Below are positions 33,272 to 40,196 of a DNA stretch of 64,000 nt, piece by piece. This stretch comes from Verrucomicrobiota bacterium (lineage in GTDB: Bacteria > Verrucomicrobiota > Verrucomicrobiia > Chthoniobacterales > Chthoniobacteraceae). Each line of letters starts with the position of its first letter. Positions within the stretch are counted from its first letter, which is position 1. The notes under the pieces are model-generated. The model worked only from the letters and a program-made list of their open reading frames with translations, was not told the origin of the DNA and ran no database searches. The stretch spans positions 578 to 64,577 of the forward strand of contig JAPLTE010000040.1 in assembly GCA_026398235.1 (NCBI GenBank), given 5' to 3'. Position numbers and translations under genes: made by a program.

Positions 33272-33541
33272 ATGAGCGAAGCAATCGGACTAATTGAAAC
33301 TCGCGGCTACGTGGGCCTGGTGGAAGCCAGTGACGCCATGGTCAAAGCGGCGAACGTTGAACTCGTCAAATCCATCCAGATCGGCGGCGGTCTCATCACC
33401 ACGGTTGTCCGTGGCGATGTAGGCAGTGTCAAAGCCGCCGTGGATGCCGGAAAACAATCCGCCACGCGCGTCGGCAACCTCGTTGCCTCCCACGTGATCG
33501 CCCGTCCCGCGCCGGAACTCCTGGCGTTCTTCACCGCCTAA
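33272..33541 (+). CDS. BMC-H shell protein (Pfam PF00936 type), copy 1
   Basis: AIGLIETRGYVGLVEASDAMVKAANVELV...GGGLITTVVRGDVGSVKAAVDAG...HVIARP. Confidence 0.95.
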   Translation: MSEAIGLIETRGYVGLVEASDAMVKAANVELVKSIQIGGGLITTVVRGDVGSVKAAVDAGKQSATRVGNLVASHVIARPAPELLAFFTA

Positions 33542-33568
33542 ACCTCACCCTTTTACCTACTAAATATT

Positions 33569-33871
33569 ATGGCAGGACAAGCACTCGGAACCATCGAAAC
33601 CAAAGGCCTCGTTGCGCAGTTTGAAGCGACCGACGCCATGTTGAAAGCCGCCAACGTCGAGTTGATCGGCTGGGACAAAATCGGATCGGGCAACGTCAGC
33701 GTCTTCATTCGTGGCGACGTGGCAGCCGTCAAGGCTGCCGTCGAAGCCGGAGCCACCGCAGCGAGCGCGCTCGGCGAAGTCGTTGCCGTTCACGTCATCC
33801 CTCGTCCGCACGACGACCTCGCCAAGCTCGGAAAGTTCATTTCCGGCAAGGTTGTCGCCAACGGCAAGTAA
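33569..33871 (+). CDS. BMC-H shell protein, copy 2 (short C-terminal extension)
   Basis: [57 protein letters not shown]...HVIPRPH, plus a tail [19 protein letters not shown]. Confidence 0.95.
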   Translation: MAGQALGTIETKGLVAQFEATDAMLKAANVELIGWDKIGSGNVSVFIRGDVAAVKAAVEAGATAASALGEVVAVHVIPRPHDDLAKLGKFISGKVVANGK

Positions 33872-33896
33872 TTCGTCTCAACCGCCGAATTTTTTC

Positions 33897-35084
33897 GTGA
33901 AACCGAACCAAATCCTCGTTGCCAACATCGGCAGCACCTCGTTCAAGTTCCGCTTGATCGAGATGCCCGATGAGCGCGTGCTCGCCAAAGGCGGCATGGA
34001 GCGCATCGGCAGCGCGGATTCCACCTTCAAATACCAGCTCGGCAACGAGCCGGAGCAGAAGGGCGCGGCTGCGTTTCCGGATTATTCGGCGGCTATTGCG
34101 TTTGTGGAAAAAATCCTCGGCGGGTTTAAAAACCTGGCCGCGGTCGGCTTCAAGCCGGTGATGGCGCGTGGCATCTCGGGCACTCAACTGTTCGACGAGA
34201 AGGTGCTGCGCGCCATGGAAGAAGTGAATACCTTGCTTCCGGCCCACAATCCGCCTTACATCGCGGCGGTGCGCAGCTTCCACGCCTGCAACCCCGAGCT
34301 TCCCTGCATCGGCACCTTCGAGACGGCCTTCTATGATGAAGTGCCGCTGGAAAACCGGCGTTACCCGGTGCCGCTGGAATGGGAAAGTAAATATGGCATT
34401 CAGCGCCACGGCTTCCACGGGGCAAGCCACCGCTACGTCACCCAACGCGCTGCGGAATTGCGCGGCACCCAGGCGGGGCGGATGATTTCGTGCCATCTCG
34501 GCGGCAGCTCCTCCATTGCCTGTGTCCGCGACGGAGTCGCCATTAATTCGAGCTGGGGCATGACCCCGCAGAGTGGTCTGCCGCAGAACAACAGGGTGGG
34601 GGACTTCGATGTCTTCGCCCTTATCTATCTCGCCCGGGATCTCGGTCTCGGCATCGACGCGGTGGAGAAAGCGCTCACCACGCAATCGGGCCTCAAAGGG
34701 ATGTCCGGGTTGCCCTCGGGCGATGTGCGCGATCTCGTGGGCGCAGCCGAATCGGGCAATGCAAACGCCGTCACCGCGCTCCATATTTTCGCGGGCAGCA
34801 TCCGCAAATACATCGGCCAGTTCCTGGTCGAAATGAACGGCGCGGACGTTTTGATTTTCACTGCCGGCATCGGCGAAAACGAGGCTCCTTTGCGCGAACA
34901 AGTGTGCGCCAACCTCGACTTCTGCGGTCTCGAGCTCGACCTGGAGGCCAACCGCGCCACGAAGGCCGTCGAGGCTGTTATTTCCACGCCGCGCTCCAAG
35001 ATCGAAGTGCGCGTAATCCCCACCAATGAAGAAATCATCATCGCCCGCAACGCGTGGCAAAAACTCTCAAAAACCTCAGCTTAA
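33897..35084 (+). CDS. ackA: Acetate/propionate-family kinase
   Basis: [44 protein letters not shown] and RVIPTNEE are acetate kinase signature segments. GTG 33897 is in frame with the track ORF (33711) but avoids a 160-nt overlap with BMC-H copy 2. Confidence 0.92.
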   Translation: MKPNQILVANIGSTSFKFRLIEMPDERVLAKGGMERIGSADSTFKYQLGNEPEQKGAAAFPDYSAAIAFVEKILGGFKNLAAVGFKPVMARGISGTQLFDEKVLRAMEEVNTLLPAHNPPYIAAVRSFHACNPELPCIGTFETAFYDEVPLENRRYPVPLEWESKYGIQRHGFHGASHRYVTQRAAELRGTQAGRMISCHLGGSSSIACVRDGVAINSSWGMTPQSGLPQNNRVGDFDVFALIYLARDLGLGIDAVEKALTTQSGLKGMSGLPSGDVRDLVGAAESGNANAVTALHIFAGSIRKYIGQFLVEMNGADVLIFTAGIGENEAPLREQVCANLDFCGLELDLEANRATKAVEAVISTPRSKIEVRVIPTNEEIIIARNAWQKLSKTSA

Positions 35085-35100
35085 CGCAACACCCATTATT

Positions 35101-35382
35101 ATGGCACAACAAGCAATCGGAATGATCGAAACCCGCGGCCTCACTGCACTCGTCGAAGCGACGGATGCGATGCTCAAGTCCGCCAACGTTGAACTCGTCG
35201 GCCCCATGGTCCAGGTCGGTAACGCCCTCGTGACCGTCGCAGTCACCGGCGATGTCGCCGCTGTGAAAGCCGCAACTGAAGCCGGCAAAATTGCCGCGCA
35301 ATCCCTCGGCGAAGTCGTGAGCGTCGCCGTTATCGCCCGTCCGCATGGCGATCTCACCGCCGTTCTTCCCAAGGCCAAATAA
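35101..35382 (+). CDS. BMC-H shell protein, copy 3
   Basis: [58 protein letters not shown]...AVIARPH. ATG 35101 (the track ORF start at 35026 lies inside ackA). Confidence 0.93.
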   Translation: MAQQAIGMIETRGLTALVEATDAMLKSANVELVGPMVQVGNALVTVAVTGDVAAVKAATEAGKIAAQSLGEVVSVAVIARPHGDLTAVLPKAK

Positions 35383-35388
35383 TAACAA

Positions 35389-35535
35389 AATTATGAATGA
35401 TGAATGAGGAATGATGAAACGCTGGCGCTTCCAATGAAGCTTTCTCTCAAAAGTTCATTATCCCCGCTGCCGCATTCCGAGTGTTCTTTTCAAAACAACA
35501 CATCATCCCGGCGAAGCGTTTCATAATTCATAATT
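35389..35535. repeat. Intercistronic inverted-repeat element, copy 1 (AT-rich heptamer-repeat arms, GATGAAACGCT...AGCGTTTCAT core)
   Basis: Left end is AATTATGAATGATGAATGAGGAATGATGAAACGCTGGCGC. Right end is GCGAAGCGTTTCATAATTCATAATT. The arms pair (GAATGATGAAACGCT / AGCGTTTCATAATTC, 1 mismatch). The element fills the gap between BMC-H3 and the first BMC-P gene. Confidence 0.8.
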
Positions 35536-35560
35536 TAAAATTTATAATTCAAAAAATCCC

Positions 35561-35869
35561 ATGATCCTCGCCCGCGTAGAAGGCAGCATCGTCGCGTCCA
35601 AGAAGAATGCAAAGATGACGGGGAGCAAGTTCCTCGTGGTCCGTCCCCTTGTGGTCGATTCTCCGGCAGCGCGCGAATTTCGTCCCGGCACGAGCACGCT
35701 CGTCGCCGTGGACACGCTCGGCGCGGGCGAAGGGGAAGTCGTCCTGGTGGTCCAGGGCAGCTCGGCCCGGCTGGCTGCCGACGACAAAAATTCACCCGTT
35801 GATGCGGTGGTGATCGGCATTGTCGACACCGTCGATCTCGGTAAAAACCTGCTCTATCGCGCGCACTGA
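35561..35869 (+). CDS. BMC-P pentamer shell protein (EutN/CcmL family), copy 1
   Basis: MILARVEGSIVASKKN...KFLVVRPL...LVAVDTLGAGEGEVVLVVQGSSAR...DAVVIGIVD is the typical EutN/CcmL pattern. Confidence 0.9.
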   Translation: MILARVEGSIVASKKNAKMTGSKFLVVRPLVVDSPAAREFRPGTSTLVAVDTLGAGEGEVVLVVQGSSARLAADDKNSPVDAVVIGIVDTVDLGKNLLYRAH

Positions 35870-35898
35870 CGCGCGTCCTCCAAATTAGAATCTGATCC

Positions 35899-37338
35899 AT
35901 GGCCACGATTGACGAGAATCTCGTTTCCAAAGTAGTGAGCGAAGTGCTCATCCGCTTGCAGTCCCAAAACGGAGCCGCCAGAACCGGCGGTTTCTCTCAC
36001 ACGCAGTATGGTGTGTATGAGAAGATGGAAGATGCCGTCGAAGCCGCGCACCGCTCGTTTTTGAAACTGACCGAACTCGGCTTTGGCGCCCGCAAAAAAG
36101 CGCTGGCCGTGATCCGTCATCTCTGCGTGGAAAAGGCTGAGGAGTGGGGCAAAATCGAGTTCGCCGAAACAAAGATCGGCCGCGAAGACCACAAAATCGG
36201 CAAGCTCAAGATTTGCGGCGACCTGGTTCCCGGCATCGAGTTTCTGGAGCGCAAGGCGTTCAGCGGAGACCACGGATTGACCGTCATTGACGCCGCGCCC
36301 TGGGGTGTCATCGGCGCCATCACTCCTTCCACCCACAGCGTTCCGACCCTCACGGGGAATGCGATCAACATGATCGCCGCCGGTAATACTGTCGTTTACA
36401 ACACGCACCCGAGCGCGGCCAAGTGTGCGGCGGTCGCCATTCGCGCCTATAACGAGGCGATCTGCAAAGAGACCGGCATCTCGGATATGCTGACCACCGT
36501 CATCAAGCCGACGCTGGAAACTTTCGACCAGATGGTGAGGCACCCCAAAGTGGCGCTGCTCTGCGTCACCGGCGGCCCCGCGGTCGTCAAGGCGGCAATG
36601 GCCAGTGGCAAACGTGCCGTTTGCGCCGGGCCCGGCAATCCCCCCGTCGTCGTGGACGAAACCGCCGATCTCGCAAATGCTGCGAAGTCCGTTATTCAAG
36701 GCGCATCCTTTGACAACAACCTGCTCTGCATCGGCGAAAAACAAGTGTTCGTCGTCGCTTCCGTGGCAGACAAATTCATCGAGGAAATGCGCAAGGCGGG
36801 TGCGGTGCAACTGACCCCGGCGCAGATCGAGGCGTTGACCAAAGTGGCATTTACTGTGACGCCGGGACAAGGCGGCGGTTGCGCTCACGCCCATGCGCAC
36901 AAGGATTTCATTGGCAAGAACGCCAACGTGCTCGCCAAAGCGGTGGGCCTGGATTTGCCTGATTCCGTGATGCTCCTCTTCGGCGAGACCACCGAGGACC
37001 ACCTCTTTGTTCAGGAAGAGCAGATGATGCCCTTCCTCCCTATCGTGCGCGTTCCCGACGCCGACGCTGCCATCGCGGCTGCCATCCGTACCGAGCACGG
37101 TTATCGGCACACCGGCATCATGCATTCGCAGAACATTCGCAACCTGACCAAGATGGCGCAGGAAATCGACACCACGCTCTTCATCAAGAACGGCCCGTCG
37201 ATGACCGGCCTCGGGCTCGGCGGCGAAGGCTTTTTGAGCTTCAGCATCGCCACGCCGACCGGCGAAGGCGTCACCACTCCCATGACCTTCACCCGCTCCC
37301 GCAGGTGCGTCATGGTGGAGAGCCTCAACATGTTTTAA
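35899..37338 (+). CDS. CoA-acylating aldehyde dehydrogenase (PduP/EutE-like) with N-terminal encapsulation-peptide-like helix
   Basis: ALDH fold with catalytic-Cys context FDNNLLCIGEKQVFV and no long C-terminal domain. N-terminal amphipathic ENLVSKVVSEVLIRL followed by a Gly/Ala/Gln-rich linker. Confidence 0.92.
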   Translation: MATIDENLVSKVVSEVLIRLQSQNGAARTGGFSHTQYGVYEKMEDAVEAAHRSFLKLTELGFGARKKALAVIRHLCVEKAEEWGKIEFAETKIGREDHKIGKLKICGDLVPGIEFLERKAFSGDHGLTVIDAAPWGVIGAITPSTHSVPTLTGNAINMIAAGNTVVYNTHPSAAKCAAVAIRAYNEAICKETGISDMLTTVIKPTLETFDQMVRHPKVALLCVTGGPAVVKAAMASGKRAVCAGPGNPPVVVDETADLANAAKSVIQGASFDNNLLCIGEKQVFVVASVADKFIEEMRKAGAVQLTPAQIEALTKVAFTVTPGQGGGCAHAHAHKDFIGKNANVLAKAVGLDLPDSVMLLFGETTEDHLFVQEEQMMPFLPIVRVPDADAAIAAAIRTEHGYRHTGIMHSQNIRNLTKMAQEIDTTLFIKNGPSMTGLGLGGEGFLSFSIATPTGEGVTTPMTFTRSRRCVMVESLNMF

Positions 37339-37508
37339 ATTATGAGGGATGAATTATGAATGATGAAACGCTGACGCACGGGCGATGCTCCATTTGTTTG
37401 CCGGCCCAAACTGCGTCGGAACTTATCTGCCAACCAAGACAAAACTTTGCGTTTAATAGAGTGCCCGAGTCTGCGAAGCGTTTCATAATTCATCATTCAT
37501 AATTCATC
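37338..37508. repeat. Intercistronic inverted-repeat element, copy 2 (same family as 35389-35535)
   Basis: The left 40 nt, AATTATGAGGGATGAATTATGAATGATGAAACGCTGACGC, matches 35 of 40 positions of copy 1. The right end GCGAAGCGTTTCATAATTCAT is identical over 21 nt. The interiors are unrelated. It is followed by CTTTTTCCCC and the next ATG. Confidence 0.8.
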
Positions 37509-37517
37509 TTTTTCCCC

Positions 37518-37781
37518 ATGCGAACCGCGATTATCCAAGGCTACGCTACGTCCACCGTGAAGCACAAAAGCTTCGAGGGGCAGCGCCTTTTGATCGCGGT
37601 TCCCGAGAGCCCGGACGTGGCTCCGCAAATCGTCATTGATACCCTCGGCGCGGCGATCGGTCAGCGCGTGTTGATCACCAGCGACGGCAGCGAAGCGCGC
37701 TTGATGTTGCACGATCCGTCGAGCCCCGCGCGTTGGGCCGTCTGCGGCATCATCGACCCGAAAGGCACCTCTCCATCCTAA
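37518..37781 (+). CDS. BMC-P pentamer shell protein (EutN/CcmL family), copy 2
   Basis: MRTAIIQGYATSTVKHKSFEGQRLLIAV...VIDTLGAAIGQRVLITSDGSEAR...AVCGIID. Confidence 0.85.
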   Translation: MRTAIIQGYATSTVKHKSFEGQRLLIAVPESPDVAPQIVIDTLGAAIGQRVLITSDGSEARLMLHDPSSPARWAVCGIIDPKGTSPS

Positions 37782-37806
37782 TACCCGAACACACGAAAAT
37801 GAACGA

Positions 37807-37892
37807 ATCTGGAACTCAGGAACTCAGGAAAAGGACAGCAGAATCTGCTGGGTCGTTTTCCTGTCTTGCTCCTGAGTTCCTGAGTTCCAGAT
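37807..37892. repeat. Perfect 23-bp inverted repeat built from tandem GGAACTCA octamers, intercistronic
   Basis: ATCTGGAACTCAGGAACTCAGGA (37807-37829) is the exact reverse complement of 37870-37892. The 40-nt interior contains its own CAGCAG-aat-CTGCTG hairpin. A T-rich tail (ATTTTCCGCTCTTCTTTT) follows. Confidence 0.88.
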
Positions 37893-37908
37893 TTTCCGCT
37901 CTTCTTTT

Positions 37909-38193
37909 ATGAGAATGGGAACTGTCATAGGCCGCGTGACCCTTTCGGTGAAGAACCCAAAATTCTTCGGTGAACGGTTGCTCCTCACTTTGCCTTGGAA
38001 ACGCGAGACCTTTGAGGGCAAGGAACTGTTCGACCCTTCCATCGTCGTTTTCGATCAACTCGGGGCGGGTGTTGGCGACAAGATCGCCATCAGCGAAGGC
38101 GCCGAAGCGGCCTGTCCCTTTCAGAAACCAACCCCTGTCGATGCGTACTGTGCAGCGCTCATCGACGCTCATTTTTATAATCAACAACCATGA
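37909..38193 (+). CDS. BMC-P pentamer shell protein (EutN/CcmL family), copy 3
   Basis: MRMGTVIGRVTLSVKNPKFFGERLLLTLP...VVFDQLGAGVGDKIAISEGAEA...AYCAALID. ATGA overlap with the downstream aldolase. Confidence 0.85.
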   Translation: MRMGTVIGRVTLSVKNPKFFGERLLLTLPWKRETFEGKELFDPSIVVFDQLGAGVGDKIAISEGAEAACPFQKPTPVDAYCAALIDAHFYNQQP

Positions 38194-39245
38194 AACTATT
38201 CGCCCAAAAAGAAGCTGAAGCGTTCGTCAAAACCGGCGCAAAAGAATTCCGGTACAATCGCGACATCCGCCTGACTCCGGGCGCGAAAGACATCTTCACC
38301 GAAGCTGACGTAAAGCTCGTTTTTGACGAGGGCGCTGCGGCTCCTGCTGCCGCCCCGGTTTCCGGCGGAGCCGCTTCCTCCGGAACTCCCGATGACGAGA
38401 AGCTCTGGAATACCGCCGAAGCGACAAAGCTCAAGCAACAAATCTGCGATATTGGACGCCGCATCTGGATGCGCGAATATTGCGACGGCAACGGCGGCAA
38501 CATCTCCTGCCGACTCGGAGCCGATCGCTACATCTGCACGCCCACCGGCGTGAGCAAAGGGTTCATGACGCCCGACATGCTTTGCATGGTCGATGGCAAT
38601 GGCAAGCAACTCGCGGGAACTTGGAAACGCACGAGCGAATTCCTCAGCCACGCGGCCATTTACAAGAGCACTCACGAGGCGTTCTCTGTCTGCCACGCGC
38701 ATCCGTGCTACGCAGGCGCATTCGCCGTGAAGGGGATGCAGCCGCCACCCCGCTTGATTCCTGAGTTGGAAGTGTTCGTCGGCACCGTGGCCTACGCTCC
38801 TTACATGACTCCCGGCAGCCCCGAAATGGCCGACGAAATCTTCAAGCGCGCCCCGAAGCACCAGTCGATCATCATGGGCAACCACGGCGTGATCACTTGG
38901 GGTAAATCCGTCGAGGATGCCTATTTCAAAATGGAGATCACCGACGCCTACTGCCGCACGATCATCCATGCGCAGTCGTTGCCCGGCGGCACGGCCATTC
39001 CCGCAGAAGGGATGAGCGACTTGATGAAGATCAAGCAGAGCATCGGTCTCCCCGACGATCGCTACGACTTGAAGCCCGCGCAACTCGCCGAGGTCGATCC
39101 TTGGGCCGAGGTTTGCGGACAGCACGGCTGCTCTTCGCCCGTCACACCTTGGAACCCGCAGTCGAATGTCGAAGCGGCTCCGGCGGAAATGGAAGCGCTT
39201 GTTCAAAAATTGACCGACGAAATCGTCAAAAACCTCTCCAAATAA
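38190..39245 (+). CDS. Class II aldolase (FucA/RhaD-like, PF00596 type) with N-terminal extension and C-terminal encapsulation-peptide-like helix
   Basis: Core: GNGGNISCRL, SEFLSHAAIY, VCHAHPCYAGAF (His-x-His), IMGNHGVITWG (third His). About 85 aa of extra N-terminal sequence with an Ala/Pro/Gly linker. C-terminal EMEALVQKLTDEIVKNLSK. Confidence 0.9.
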   Translation: MKLFAQKEAEAFVKTGAKEFRYNRDIRLTPGAKDIFTEADVKLVFDEGAAAPAAAPVSGGAASSGTPDDEKLWNTAEATKLKQQICDIGRRIWMREYCDGNGGNISCRLGADRYICTPTGVSKGFMTPDMLCMVDGNGKQLAGTWKRTSEFLSHAAIYKSTHEAFSVCHAHPCYAGAFAVKGMQPPPRLIPELEVFVGTVAYAPYMTPGSPEMADEIFKRAPKHQSIIMGNHGVITWGKSVEDAYFKMEITDAYCRTIIHAQSLPGGTAIPAEGMSDLMKIKQSIGLPDDRYDLKPAQLAEVDPWAEVCGQHGCSSPVTPWNPQSNVEAAPAEMEALVQKLTDEIVKNLSK

Positions 39246-39252
39246 TCTCTCT

Positions 39253-40176
39253 ATGAAAGTCGTTATCATCGGCGGTGGCGGACGCGTGGGATCCTGCGCG
39301 GCATTTGCCCTTCAATGTTCGGGAGTTGTCAAAGAGATCGTCATGCTCGACGCCAATCAAGCGGCGGCGGAAGGCGAAGCGCTCGACCTCCTCCATGGCG
39401 CTGCCTTCTGCGCCGACCAGAATATTTACGCTGGCACGTATGCCGACTGCGCGACCGCCGACGTGATCTGCATCACCGCCGGTCTGCGTCGCAAGCCGGA
39501 CGAATCCCGTCTGGATCTAATCAACCGCAACGTCACCCTCTTTAACGGCATTCTGGAAAGCGTCAAAGCGGCAGGGATGAAACGCGAGGCGATCATTCTC
39601 GTGGTTTCCAATCCGGTGGACATCCTCACGCAGCTCGCCGTGGAGCAACTCGGGTTGCCCGTCAACCAAGTGCTCGGTCTCGGCACTTTGCTCGATACGA
39701 GCCGCTTCTGTTCGCTCATCGCCAGCACCCTCAAGCTCGCCCCTTCGCAAGTGCGCGCCATGATCTTGGGTGAACACGGCGACACGATGGTGCCGATCTG
39801 GTCCTCCGCAACGGTGGACGGTTTTCCGCTGCTGAAATTCCCGGGCATCACCCCGATGTTCCAGAATCAGCTTTTTGAGCGCACGCAGAAGAGCGGCGCG
39901 GAAGTGATCTCCCGCAAGGGCGGCGCGGGTTACGCCGTCGGCGTTGCGATTCGCGAAGTCATCGACACGATCGCTTTGGACGGACGCCGCATCCTGCCTG
40001 TTTCAAGCCATATCAAAGGCGCATATGGCATCCGCGACATCTCCCTCAGCGTGCCGACGGTCGTGGGCCGCACAGGAGTGATCCAACATGTCGAAGTGGA
40101 GCTTTGGCCCAAGGAATTGCAAGGATTGCAGGCTTCCGCCAAGGCACTCAAAGATACCCGCGCAAAAGTCAAATAG
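39253..40176 (+). CDS. L-lactate/malate dehydrogenase family NAD-dependent dehydrogenase
   Basis: Rossmann motif KVVIIGGGGRVGS. Substrate loop ITAGLRRKPDESRLDL. VSNPVD. LDTSRF (Arg171 equivalent). LGEHGDT (catalytic His). Confidence 0.9.
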   Translation: MKVVIIGGGGRVGSCAAFALQCSGVVKEIVMLDANQAAAEGEALDLLHGAAFCADQNIYAGTYADCATADVICITAGLRRKPDESRLDLINRNVTLFNGILESVKAAGMKREAIILVVSNPVDILTQLAVEQLGLPVNQVLGLGTLLDTSRFCSLIASTLKLAPSQVRAMILGEHGDTMVPIWSSATVDGFPLLKFPGITPMFQNQLFERTQKSGAEVISRKGGAGYAVGVAIREVIDTIALDGRRILPVSSHIKGAYGIRDISLSVPTVVGRTGVIQHVEVELWPKELQGLQASAKALKDTRAKVK

Positions 40177-40196
40177 AGCAATCATTGTAAACGGCC

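Noticed and set aside
33711-33896. Upstream extension of the ackA ORF (track start 33711)
   Set aside because: It would overlap BMC-H copy 2 by about 160 nt in another frame. The conserved acetate kinase N-terminus ([13 protein letters not shown]) begins right after GTG 33897.
37356-37502. 48-aa ORF (MNDETLTHGRCSICLPAQ...) spanning repeat copy 2
   Set aside because: The equivalent frame in copy 1 stops after 4 codons (ATG AAT GAT GAA TGA). The interiors of the two copies are unrelated, so the conserved feature is the nucleic-acid structure, not a peptide.
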